A stretch of DNA of 64,000 bases from Guillardia theta CCMP2712 (Eukaryota; Protista; Cryptophyta). A program made the position numbers and the translations under genes. The stretch covers positions 763,023-827,022 of the forward strand of contig NW_005434673.1 in the NCBI RefSeq assembly GCF_000315625.1, in the 5' to 3' direction. Below the pieces are notes generated by a model that saw nothing but the letters and a program-made list of their open reading frames with translations, was not told the DNA's origin and searched no databases. Below are positions 49,667-61,944 of this stretch, in pieces (position 1 is the stretch's first letter; every line of letters begins with the position of its first letter).

Positions 49667-51162
49667 ATGTGTAAGTGTGCCAGCTCGACAATCGGTCACA
49701 TGAGCGTGGTGAGCATGGTGCTTGGGCTCGCCTTGCTCATCGCGGGAGTGGTCCCAGCCACCTACAACCCCCCTGCGTGCAAATCCTCGTCTTCGTCATC
49801 ATCGAGCTCGGCATCTGGAAGCTCTTCTTCCTCCAATGCGGGATACAACTCGGGAGATGATTCTGGATACAACTCGGGATACGACAGCGGATACAACTGG
49901 GGCTACAACTATGGTTACAATAAGGGATACGAAACTACGTTCATGTCAACCTACAACGACGGATACAACTATGGGTACAACAAGGGTTACAACAAAGGCT
50001 ACAACGGGTATTCGTACAATAACGCTTACTCCAGTGTGAACAACGGATACTCCTCCTACTCATACACCAGCAGCATGTCTTCGTATTCCTACACCGCAGG
50101 ATACTCCGCAGGACGCAGCCTGAGTGACTTGTCGGGTCATAGCTATGACTACAACAGCGGATACAACTTAGGATACAACTTGGGATACAAAAGCGGATAC
50201 CAGCAGGGAGACTCGTTGAACACATACAGGCTGTCATACAACTCGGGGTACGACTCTGGCTTCAACTCAGGGTACAACACCGGACATAAAACCAACCTCA
50301 ATTACAATTCAGGCTACTGCTCGGGCTACTACAACAGCTACAAAGCACACCAATCGTCAAGCTCGGACTACAATCAAGACTTGACCTCGTCTTACAACAC
50401 AGGTTACAACTCGGGCTACTACAGGGGCTCCTATTCGCATACGTCGAGCTCGTACGGCAGCGGCAGCAGCGGCAGCAGCAGCAGCAGCAGCTCTTCATGG
50501 GACTACTACTCTGAGAGAAGCTGTGAAGACGATCGAAGTGGAGCCAGGGCATGGTTGAAGTATCTAGGGTTATATGGAATCATTCCTGGCCTCTACACTC
50601 TCGTCTTCTCAGGTCTTGGAATTGTGACTAGCCGCAAACGAACGAAGCTATGGGGAGGTCTTCACCTTGCGCAACTGATCAGTGATATCCTCTTGCTTCT
50701 AGCATCAACGTTCGTAACTTTCACTATCGCCCTTGCATCCAAAATAATATGTTGTGAGTACTGTGCCTGCCTTCTGCTGTATTGATTGCATTTGCACTTG
50801 CTAGCCGCATATCACCTTGTTACTTGTCACTGACGGCATCTTTGACCACTGCAGATGACTATGATCTGATCAAGAGCGACAGCTTCTGCTCGATGGCCAC
50901 TGGCAGCGCATGGGCAATCTTTGTATTCAGTCTTCTTTTGTTTATCTCTCAGATCGCCTCGTCTATCGTCATGTGCTCGCTGTGCTGTCAGCCCGACGAG
51001 TGGGTTGAGGTCAATGCGGTTCGGCCTATACACATCGATTATGGAATGCCAATAGCAAAGACCATCGGTGCCGCTCCCAAGCCATCGCAAGGGACCCTGA
51101 GCTCGCTGGTGGATGTTGGACCAGGTTCGAAGCCTGGAGCAGCACGGGGAGCCTGGAGCTAG
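49667..51162 (+). CDS. Four-TM membrane protein with a large Gly-Tyr-Asn-Ser repeat loop
   Basis: TM1, about 250 aa of GY[N/D]x repeats and poly-Ser, then three further hydrophobic helices. One intron near 50755-50854. Confidence 0.7.
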
Positions 51163-51422
51163 TACAAGAGACTCGCCATCTGGTGAGAGGGTCTGACTGT
51201 AATGAGTAAACTTTAGTAATGTAATGTAAGTAGTAAGTAAAATACTTATCAGTCACTGAGTGATAACGTCGCGGGCGCAGTAAGCCGGCGACTCGGAAGC
51301 GGCGGGCCGGGCCGCCCACCGGCCGGCTGGCGCTGAGCCGGGGCAGGCCGCAGTTCACTACTTATTAAAAATCTCCTGGAAGATCTTGTTTGCTACCGTC
51401 GGCCGACCAGGCATGAGCTGAA

Positions 51423-53647
51423 ATGGAAGGGGAGGGAAACAAGAGGATACGGTGAGATGAGAAAAGAGTATGCGAGCTAACGAGAAGATGCTGCTGCATT
51501 GAGATGAAACGAGCGTTGCAAAACCACAGTGACGCGTTGAGATAGGTTTCCCACGGAGACCTCAAATCTACAGATCGCTGTTGACCTCTGCGATGAAGGC
51601 ATGATAAGCTCTCGGTTTGTTGAGCGAAAGGAATGCTCATGATGCTGTCTTGTTTGCGGCAGGTGGTTGCATCGAGATACTACCAGGCACATATTTCGTG
51701 AATGCAATCATCATGAAAGATCTTACATTGCGGGGGATGGGTAAGTTGTTTAGTTGTCTTGGGAGTGATCTGACTGATAGACAAGGTGATCAAAACAACA
51801 CCGCACTCGTTTCACGCTTCTGCTGTACTCTGGTCATTGAGAGTTGTAAGGTATCATGTTCGATCCCGACATCGCGATAGCGCAGCAGTGTGACTTTGGA
51901 CAGGTGAACCTGGAAAACCTCACGCTGGCGGTGAGTGAAGGGACTCTGACCGATCACGCCATGGAGCTTCATGAGGCTTCGGTCACCATGGAAAGGTGAT
52001 GTGGTCCGAGCACATGCTGCAGCTTCAGCTGATGATTGTGTTTGACGATCAGCTGCGATGTCTACGGAGGAACAGCAGCTCTGTTTGCCAATTCTAACTC
52101 CAAGATAGCGGCGACTCAGTAATGGACCGATGAGCTCATTCAATCATGATTGACGTCCTGAAACTGACAGCTGTCAGTATCATGATGCACATTCGTTCGG
52201 AGTTGCCTTGATGAACTCTGAAGCTGAATTCTTGGATTGCTATTTCTTCAGGTGATTATTCCATTTCAAGGCATCTGGCGTCGAGTGATGGCTGGCAGGA
52301 ACGGAGAAGATGGGTGTAACATAGGGGGCAGTGCAGCCAAACTTGAGCTGCAAAATTGTAGGTGGGGACAACAAAGGAAGCAGCAAGATTAAAGGCTGAC
52401 ACTGATGGATCAGAATATCCGACAACACTTGCTTCGGTGTGCATGTACATGACGGGGCGTCCATGGCCGCCAATAAATGCAACGTGATCAAGAACGAGCA
52501 GGAAATCCCTCATGGGTAGATTACACTCTTCAGCGGAGTGACAGGCATGAATAGGCTGGAGTTATGATCAGTGGGCACGATTCCAACCATCTCAAGAGTA
52601 CAGGGATTATGAAACAGTCATGCGCAGAATTTCAGGACTGCAGAATCAAGCTGAACAAATGGCAAGGGATCTTCGTTCTCGACGGGTCTCTCAAAGTGAG
52701 CCTTGATCTCTGCCAAGTTTCAGCACACTCTATGACAACATGATGCAAGTGTGTTGGTTCTGATCTTCGTCATAATGAGAGGGGAGCCCTCGTGAGTCGA
52801 AAAGTTTGCAAGCTCGGCGTAAACGAATCACGACAGGTTCTGACGACATCGAAGACCGCTGTCATTTCGGACATCAATAGATTGAAGCTACCATACGTTG
52901 ATGTCGAGTACTATGAGAGCTGTAAACTGGGAGAGGCAAGCTCCTCTTGGCCGACTGTCTTGCAATTCTGATCATTGAAAGAAGATTGAGCTGGCGGATA
53001 ACAAGGCGGTGAGAAAAGATGCTGAGCTGGAGTTCACTGGGTCATGGGACTTCCCCCAAGATTGGAAGTCTCGCCCTAAGGATGAGGCTCGTTCAGAAGC
53101 ATCCTTACCCCCCCTGCCTCATGACACATATTCATCAGGTCCTTGAAATCTATAAGAAGTGCTCGATTGATCTGCAGAAGAGGCTGCACAACTATCCCAA
53201 CGGTACGCAAGCAAGTGGTGCTATGACTGGCTCTGAGAACAAGGAAGGGTGGGAGGATAGGATATTGCGAGATCCCAAGGCCTACATGCTGATTGAGCGG
53301 CTGTTTCGAAACATTGAGCAAGAAACGGATACAGACATTGATGAATTGGATATGGAAATCCATGAATTTCTACAGGATCTTGGATTAGGTAATAGCCATC
53401 TATACTTCTGTCTCTCACCCCTGGATGATCCCAGAAAGATTCGTTGAGAGGTTCAGAAAGCTGGACTGCAATGCCGTCAGGGATCTTCTTCCCATGAGGG
53501 ATACTGACTTCGTGTGAGCGTGAGCCTGTTCATCAAGACGTGCACTGAGATTGCAAGAGGAACATTGGGATCAAAGACACAAAGGATCGCAGAAAATTGA
53601 ATTCAAGAATCGCAGCTTTGTACGCGAGCCGTCAATTTGTAGTGTGA
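51423..53647 (+). CDS. Right-handed beta-helix (pectin-lyase fold) protein with a C-terminal SAM domain, many short exons
   Basis: IEILPGTY..LTLRGMG cap, repeats such as DNTCFGVHVHDGA and NKWQGIFVLDG, and a C-terminal FLQDLGL..RF..DLL....NIGIK..DRRKL segment (SAM). Confidence 0.6.
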
Positions 53648-53748
53648 GTGTAATCATCTAGCAGATCAGGAGCTAGCCATGCTCCTCAGCATTTAGTTCC
53701 TTGCAAATTTGCATCCTTGATAGAAGCCACCAAGTTTCAGGTTGAGTG

Positions 53749-54208
53749 ATGGCTGAATCCGGCATGATTGAGCGTGGCTGCAGGCAAGAAAAGCTGACAA
53801 ACAACGCAACTACGAAGAATGGAAGAAGCTTCGCTCTCTGTTTGCTGATCGCATTGGGGTTCCTTCCTCCTCTACTCACAGAATGCCATCCTGACTCTGC
53901 GCAGTTCAACACCACAGGAGCCGATGTCGACACGAAGCTACGGAAACTGTTCAGTGAGCTCGATGTTTCGAGGACAGCAGGACAGCGAGGAATACACGTT
54001 GACGAGCTGAAGAAAGGCCTCCAGGTACACAAGTGACTGTCTTTGCAAAATGACTTGGTTGCCTTACTTGTTTCCTACCAAGAACATGGGGGTGAAACTT
54101 GAGGAGATCAGATTCAATATCCTCATGAGCGAGCTTGACAGCAATGACATTGACTACATGAGCTATGAGTCTTTTTGCAAGGCAATAGAACATATTCTAC
54201 GAACTTAG
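53749..54208 (+). CDS. Small EF-hand-pair protein with a signal/TM segment (2 exons)
   Basis: LRKLFSELDV..GIHVDELKKGL and LMSELDSNDIDYMSYESF; hydrophobic FALCLLIALGFL. Confidence 0.65.
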
Positions 54209-54329
54209 CTCTCAATCAGTTATGAATCATCACAAATCAAAACGCTGTTTAATACATACGTTCGTCTGAAAGCTCTGCATTGTCGAATTTACACAGAGCC
54301 CTGCACTGCACTATGCACTGACACATTGA

Positions 54330-54823
54330 TCAGTCTTTGCCAACTTTGAGTTTCATCTGTGTTGCCATTAGAAATTCGTACGTGTCGTACGTGTCATCAT
54401 CGTCATGAGCAACACGAAATTTCTGAGAACCTTCAAGAGCCTCTCTACAATCATCATGAAATTTCTGAAGCCTAACCCGCAATTCTTGGACGAAACCTGG
54501 ATCTTCGCTATTGTAAGTGCAAGATAATGAGAGAGTGCGAGCTACGGACACACCGAGCGTCTCGGTGAATGCTCTCAATTCGTCCTCTATCTTCTTTATA
54601 CCTTGATCAACCTCCACATAGAGCAAGTCTTCGACAGCATCCATTTCGATCTCATACTGTGCTGTCTCCCCGTACAACTCGCCAACTTTCCGCTCGAACC
54701 AAGTCTCGAACTCAGCTGCCTGCAGCCTCAAGGCGTCAGGTGGCTGCATGACCTCAAGTCTTGTCTTACTTTGCTGATGGCATGCATGTCATACTTCCCT
54801 GTGCTCCCGAAGTTGCTCGCCAT
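54330..54823 (-). CDS. CPI-17/PHI-1 (PPP1R14)-like protein phosphatase 1 inhibitor
   Basis: Exon 1 (54823-54770) joins exon 2 across a 50-nt intron (54769-54720) to give STGKYDMHAISKAAEFETWFERKVGELY...EDLL...FVQELRVRLQKFH. Confidence 0.7.
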
Positions 54824-56113
54824 GCTCTCCGATCCTCCGCTACCTCCCTCTCGGGTGCTCGTTTGACCACCAGGACTTGCTCCTAAAACTGTTTTAGACC
54901 GGTCTCCGATTCCTCGGACAACGAGGGCCGCCGGCCCTACAGCTGGCACCACTCGGGCACTTCACTGAGAGCTTACCGTCAGTCAGTCAGACCTCATACA
55001 GCACACGGTGGTTGGTGAGAGCACATCTCAACTGCCGTTGTTTCATAGCCCACAGGTGACCTCCTTTACTAGTACGACACGGCGAGAAGAGAAAAGACAG
55101 CGAGAACCAAAACTGCTGTACCCCAAACTTAACTGATACCTTCACTTAACTGCGCGCAGGACCATTCCCCCGCGCCATGCCAGCGACCGCCGCCGAAGGA
55201 ACTTGATCAGACGCATACCCAAGTCGGATCCCCAGAGACATCGATGGCGAGTAATTGCTGGCCCGGCCCGGGCGGCGTCACTGAGTTGGCCCGGCGGTTG
55301 TCACGGCAGTGGCAACGGGCCGGCTACTTTTACTATGATCCTGTTATGATCCCTCACTGAGGAGTGTGCTGTAGGTGTCGGCCATAGAATTTTTTATAGT
55401 TCTTGAATATCTGCATTTTATATTTGAAAACACACTCCACAATTCATTCGATGACCTCAAAATATACCATTCTAGGACCATTCTGTATGAAATCTACGAC
55501 CACCCTATGACGACTTTACGATACTCAGGGGCAGTGGGGGTATTTTCCTAGGCTGACACTAGGACCAGGCCATAGTAGATCCGAATGAATCCCAATTTCA
55601 TAGCCCTGCATCAAACATGTCGGAATGAAATGGTGTTGCGACGTTGAAAGAGAAAGGGACGAGGCAAGAAGATAGAAGGCGCTGATGAGGTAACAACTCC
55701 GAAATCAGGATGTTAGCAGGTGTAGATCCATTGCATCTTATAGTTTCCAACGGTCTTCGACCATATTTGCTCCAATGTGTGCCATACACTCATTGCTTGC
55801 TCATGCGCTCGCAGCCCAGAATCTCTCGTAACCACCCGAGGAAGCAGCTATTCGCCCTGATAGCTATGAGAGCCAAGTATGATCGGAATAGAGATAAGAG
55901 TGGGAGAGAGACGAGCGAGAGAAGCTCTGTTGGACAATCACCAACCCGGTAACCGAAACAAGACCCGGTAACCGAAACATGATAGAAGGTGCTAGTACAG
56001 TGTAGGACGTTTGAAGAGAGAGAGAGAGAGAGCAAGAACCGAGTATTGCAGGGTTCAGTGAGAGAGAATAAAGTGAGGAGACGGAGACAATTTGATACAG
56101 ACAGATTCTAGAA

Positions 56114-57615
56114 ATGAGAATAAGGGACGCATCAAAGGCAGAGTCAAGAATACATTATATTCGTTGCTGATTCTACGAACCTGACCACACTCTCTAGACT
56201 TGTTCAACCCCTCAAGGCTTAACATGATGGAAAGTAAGATTCGACTGCCTCAGTTGAAGAACTTTCGTCAAAGTGCTGCACCGCCTGAGGTTCCTTCCTT
56301 GAATATCCAACTAGGAGATGAGAACACATCCAAGAACACAAGCCCTGTTGCTGAATTGGATGGCAACTCAGTTGTACACAAGACAATTCAGATGTACAAT
56401 CATATGAAGTCGCAGTCTTCGCTAGTGGGAAACCAAGGTGTTCCAACTATTGTATCCAAGGACAGTGCGCAAATCGAACTGCAGATTGACCTGGCGAAGA
56501 ATTTTTACGATGTAAAGAGTCTATGGGATCCGTCTGGTCCCTTGACCTACAGGAATGGGAAGAGATCTCAGCATGATTGTATTGATATGGAACCATTCAC
56601 GTGCTCGTGTGTGATGGACATTCAATCAAACTCGTTGAAGACTGATGATGGAGCAGCTGCCGTCATCACTTGCGAAGAACTGATTGCTTGTCCAATGCTT
56701 CTCAGCTTGACAGCATGGACATCAACCGATGATAATCACGGAGAGGTATTCAGACCTTGTTGCTTCAGTCTTGTTTTGACACAACTGTGCAGGACATTGG
56801 TATCTATGATGGTAGCGATCTTACCCAAGCTATCAGTGTCCCTGAGAAAGAAACGAACAACTCAGTCCACGGAGAAAGCGTCGTGAGCCTGGCATCTTCA
56901 CGCTCTCAAGACATATGCGATGCTGGAATGGACGGCGAAAAGCCTGATTGCGTTGTACAATTGCTGCAGGAATTGGGTTTGCAGGTTTCTTGCTTACTAT
57001 CAAAAAATGTACCCTAAGATCATTTCAGGATATCATTCCCAATTTTGAGCTGAGAAGAATTGGATTGCAAGAACTTTCAAGGATGTCAGACAATGATTTG
57101 AAATTGCTTGGCATCGACAAGCTTGGAAAAAGGTTTGATTCTTTTATTTGGATTGCAGTAATAATGAAATTTGCAGAGTAAAACTAAGGCAAAGAGCTCA
57201 ATTGCTCGTTACTTCTCCGAGCAAGGTTGAGTCACTATCCTTGTACGGATCTTCCTCTTCGTCAGCCTCAAGTTTGCCGCAATTCGATGAAATCAAAAGT
57301 TCCTTGGAGATTTTTGATCGAAGACAATCCTACGAGATCCTAGATGCGATTGACCATGATCTTCAAGTGGAGCAGATAGAAGATCACCCTCTCAACAACC
57401 TCCGGTCATTGATCATGGACGTTGAGACGAAGTGGAAGCAAGCTCTGGTCTCCTGGCATGTCTTTCTGTCATGTTGTACTGATGCATTTCTGGTGGATAG
57501 GAGAGGCAGCAACAGGCCAGCATGGAAGCAAAAATCTACGAAAGACAACTCCGCAACCCGACTCTTCTTTTACTTGCCAATTCTTTACAAGCAGATTATT
57601 ATCTCAATGAAATGA
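56114..57615 (+). CDS. SAM-domain protein (multi-exon; ends approximate)
   Basis: Spliced VVQLLQELGLQ|DIIPNFELRRIGLQELSRMSDNDLKLLGIDKLGKR|VKLRQ matches the SAM consensus. Confidence 0.6.
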
Positions 57616-57639
57616 ATTAGGCAGAGACAAACAGTCAGG

Positions 57640-60600
57640 TCATCGTGACTTGAGCTTGAGCTTGAGCTGTTTGATCGTTTCAAGGAACAACTTTTCGTTG
57701 TACTGGAGCCAGCACGCTATGGCGAAGCCAGCGACAATAACGAGAACATGAAGAATGTGCAGGAGGATGGGATTTGCAGGTCCATCCTCCTCTGCCTGGC
57801 CGCTGAGCTCTCTCAAACGTGTTCTGAACCGAGGGATTTTCAGCTTTCCTGTAACTTGAATGTTTAAAGTCTTGGAAGGCGGACAAGAAGGTGAAGAGAA
57901 CGTGACAGAGAACTTGTAAGTTGTACTTGCTTGTACGAGAGATCCTTCCCCGATGTCCAAGATCAAACTCTCGTTGATGAGCTGAGCGCACTTAGTCTGT
58001 GCCTTCGACTGCCTGCCGACTAGTTTGCCGTCAGGAGAGAGGGACCACAGACAAGCAAATAGAAGCTCTCCGTTGGCTCCTTGAGGGAAGGGAGAGAGTC
58101 TGAGGGCCTTGCTCGAGGCTATCCCCTCCAGTCCTCCCAACCGGATGCTGGTCCCTGATGTAAGGTCGATGTTGGACCTCAGTTCAAACACAAGGCTCAT
58201 CCGGTTCGAGCCCTTGCGACAGAGGTACATGGCAGTGACGTTCAAGCGTGGTTGAATCACTGAAAACACATAATCTGACGCGTCCTTGTTGATCGGAGAG
58301 GAATCTATGGGGGTCACAGCGAGCTGCTCTTGTACAATCTTGTCTCCAAACAGCGAGATGGAAGCGACAAGGATGTTTCTCACAGACTCGCGAGGATTGA
58401 CAAGGCAGTACCTGGAAGGTCACCGCCAGCCGCAGCGGCCCCTCGCTCGATGCCCTCGCTCGTACTCGAAGCGTCCCGCTCTCCTGGTCCCACCGCCCCG
58501 TCTCTCCCAGCGTCCCCCCGGGCTCGCTCCTTACCGCCATCCCCTCCCTGTCCCCCGTCCCTGACCCCCTCAGCCCCGCGATGATGACCTCGGCGCCTGC
58601 CGGCAGCGCGAAGTTCCCCTCCAGCCTCACCGTCAGCTCGTTCTCTGCCGACGCCACCCGCGTGCTCTGCTCGATCGTCGCCCTCGTCAGCGCCGGCTCC
58701 CTGACCATCATCGGCCTCGCTCCCCCGGCTACCCCCATCGCTGGCCCGCTCCCTGCCTCCATCGCCTCCCCCTCGTACAGGACCTCCCCCTCCCCGTCCT
58801 CCAGCCCTGCCCGGACCTCCGCCCGCACGGCCTCCTGTGCGGTCGGGGGGTTCCTGACCGTGAAGCGCACCACGTACTCTTCTCCCCCCGCTATCCTCTC
58901 GCCTGCGCACACCGCCATCCGTAGCCTCCCCGTCTCCTCCCACTCCCCCCATCCGGCCTCCCCCTGCCTGCAGCTCCTCCTACTCGGGACCCAGTCTCCG
59001 CCCTTACCGTCTACCGTCCACACCCGCAACCGCCTATCTGCCTGCGCCCCGACCAGCCCTGACACCGTGATCGCTGCTCCCATGTCGCCCTCGAGCTCCG
59101 TGCTCGCCACCAGCGTCACGCTGATGTTGTTGAGCGCCCCCGCCAGAGGACATGACTGCCCGATCCTCCTCGTCGTAAACCCAGGCCTCCTCCTCACCTG
59201 CAGCGCTCCCCGCCAGCCCCTTCCCCCGTCGGGCCCTCCCAGCCTCTGCTCCCGTAGCTCTCCCCCGCCTCCTCCTAGCTCCCCGCGTATCCCTGCCGGC
59301 GGCGCGTCCTGGGGCTGGAGGGGGTTCCGGAGCCTGAAGCGGATGGCCGCGGCCTCCCCGGCCTTGACCTCTGTCGCCAGCTCGATGGCGAGGGTGCCGG
59401 GCGCCTGTAGCCACCGCCCCCTCCCCTCCCTGACCAGCCCCGCGGGCTCCGACTCGACCTCCATCCTCTCCGTGTCCGCCGTCTGCGACCCGACGAGCCC
59501 GTACACGGTCAAGGTCGAGCCTGCCACCACCGTGTACTTGGCCTGTAGCATGATGCGGATCTCGTTCTCCTCTCCGGCCGTCGGGTCGCTCTGCCTGGCC
59601 GTAGCTCGCTGGAGCCTCGCCTGCCGGATGACCAGCGGAGCTCCTCCTCTCTCTACTCCCAGCACGCTGCCCTCCTCGCTCTCCGCCCTCGCCCCCGCTA
59701 GACCGCTCCACCCCTGCCCCGTGTACACGACCCCCTCGACCTCGACCGTCGCCCCGTCCTGCTCCTCGGCGTTGGTCATGTCCAGCTCTATCACCAGCTC
59801 CTCCCCCGCCTCGACCTCCGTCGCTAGCGTCAGGTTGACCTCGCCCTCCCTCTCCGCGCCCCAAGCCCACCCGACCTCCTCCCGCCCGCCCTCCTCCCCA
59901 GGCCGCCTCTTCCACGCCCTCGCCCCGGGCTCTCGGCCTCTCCCTCCCGGCCTCCCCCCCAGCCCCCGTACGGCTACCGACGACCCCGGCCTGAGGCTGC
60001 AGTTGCTCGTCGCCGACACCCACACCGTGTTCCGCCCTCCCACGAAAGGGTTGGTCTGACCTGCTCGTACCGCTACCAGCCCTCCCTGTCGTACCTCCAG
60101 CGCCCTGCCCCCGCCCGCTACCCCTAGCCGGCTCTCCCCGGCTCCCCCGGCCTCCATCGCCGTCCACCCGATGCTCACCTCCCCCCTCGCCTCGATGCCG
60201 ATCGTCGGCGCTGCTTGCGGGCTGGGCGGGTTGGTGACGTTGATCGCCAGCACGTACGCCCGCCCCTCTGCCAGCGCTCTGTCCGGCAGCACCGTCAAGC
60301 TCAGCGACCCGTTCCTCCACCTTCCCCGTCCAGCCTCGTACCCTCCTCTTCCCTTGGCCTCCGTCCCGCCTGACAGCCACCTCATCCAGCTGCTCGTCTC
60401 TGCCTCCTCGCGCCTGCTGCCGAGCACCGGCTCGCTGCACTCTACCGTGATGGCCCCGTCCTCTACCTGAGCCCCCGCGAGCCCCGAGATGGTCAGCTCC
60501 GTCCCTCCCGCCAGCTCCGCGTTGCTCTCTAGCGTCACCCACAGCGTGTTGTGGGATGACGTCAGCGGACATGACTGCCCGATCCTCCTCGTCGTAAACC

Positions 60601-61369
60601 CAGGCCTCCTCCTCACCTGCAGCGCTCCCCGCCAGCCCCTTCCCCCGTCGGGCCCTCCCAGCCTCTGCTCCCGTAGCTCTCCCCCGCCTCCTCCTAGCTC
60701 CCCGCGTATCCCTGCCGGCGGCGCGTCCTGGGGCTGGAGGGGGTTCCGGAGCCTGAAGCGGATGGCCGCGGCCTCCCCGGCCTTGACCTCTATCGCCAGC
60801 TCGATGGCGAGGGTGCCGGGCGCCTGTAGCCACCGCCCCCTCCCCTCCCTGACCAGCCCCGCGGGCTCCGACTCGACCTCCATCCTCTCCGTGTCCGCCG
60901 TCTGCGACCCGACGAGCCCGTACACGGTCAAGGTTGTGCCTACAGACAGAATGGTAATGGGTTGTATTTCTATTTTCACGAGCATTGATTCGGTTGACGT
61001 TGGTGTCTGCTGTTTGTTCCTGCATGTCCCTTGCGGTAGTTGCTTTTCGTCAGATTCCTTGGACATGGAACTGGAAGACTCTTCTTTGGTTTCGTTGCCT
61101 TCATCATGTTTTTCAATGAGAAAGCTGTAGTTCCATATGTTGTTAAATGAGTCTGAGACATGAATTTCTTCTATCTTGTCCCTTTCCATGGCAGATTGCC
61201 CTTTTCCAAGGGATTCATCCTTATCGGATCCCGCCCTTGCAGTTGGATTATCCCCATCACTGCAGTGATCTTGGAGGGCGCAAGTTTCTGTCAAGGAGGT
61301 CGAAGTTGTCTGGGGAAGGGAAAGGAGGAAGCAAGATAGGAGGAGGAAGGGCGCCAACGAACTTCCCAT
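57640..61369 (-). CDS. Type-I membrane surface protein with tandem ~140-150 aa beta-rich modules
   Basis: Signal peptide MGSSLAPFLLLSCFLLSLP; repeated units (I/A)GQS.P..G..N...V.L..N..L..G....I.GL.G...F.V.NP; C-terminal TM ILHVLVIVAGFAIACWL. Confidence 0.75.
59148..59515. repeat. 368-bp direct repeat, copy 1 (copy 2 at 60567-60934)
   Basis: The two copies look identical by eye except one substitution (ctctgtcgcc vs ctctatcgcc). Confidence 0.9.
60567..60934. repeat. 368-bp direct repeat, copy 2
   Basis: See copy 1. This copy ends exactly at the GC-composition boundary. Confidence 0.9.
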
Positions 61370-61944
61370 CCTCCCCCTCGCTCTCCTTGGTTGTCAAAGA
61401 ATGACCCAAGCGACTTGTCACTATTGTGAGCTACGAGAGGCTCAATAACCTTAGAAGTTGAGTCACTGAGAACCCGACTCCGAGAGGCCGGGCCTTGTAC
61501 TGTGAGCCCTTAGTACCCCTCCCTTTTCCAGTAAAAAGCTGGGTCCCAAAGGGATGATAAGGCGTACCCTTGAAGTTGATATTCAAGATGGGGGTAGGGG
61601 TGATCCCAAAAGGTACATTCGTGGAGAGACGGACCTCGCAATATATTGGTGGGGTGGTCTCAGTACCCCCAACTAACAAGAGAATTTAACTCTTGACAAG
61701 GGGTCATAGTCTGGATTGGGTGGGTACAAATCGAGCAAAGTTTTCCTCGGTTCTACCCTCATCACCCTCTCACCCTCCGATCATTTATCACCCCACCCCC
61801 CATTTCCAATCTTGGTAACCCCCTACCCCTCATTACAATATAAAATACCCTGTCAGATAGGGACCCTACCGTCCAATCATGAGAAGAGCTCCAAGAACCC
61901 CACCCCCTCTCCATCCGTACAATCTCTGTCGGGCAGTTTTGACA

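Noticed and set aside
55055-55067. GGTGACCTCCTTT, resembling the 16S rRNA 3' anti-Shine-Dalgarno end
   Set aside because: No flanking rRNA similarity; a chance match. I also could not support any snRNA, RNase P or SRP RNA in 54960-55260.
58581-61025. Long alternative-frame (663 aa) and antisense (492 aa) ORFs over the surface-protein gene
   Set aside because: Expected from the extreme GC and codon bias and the resulting lack of stop codons; the products are low-complexity.
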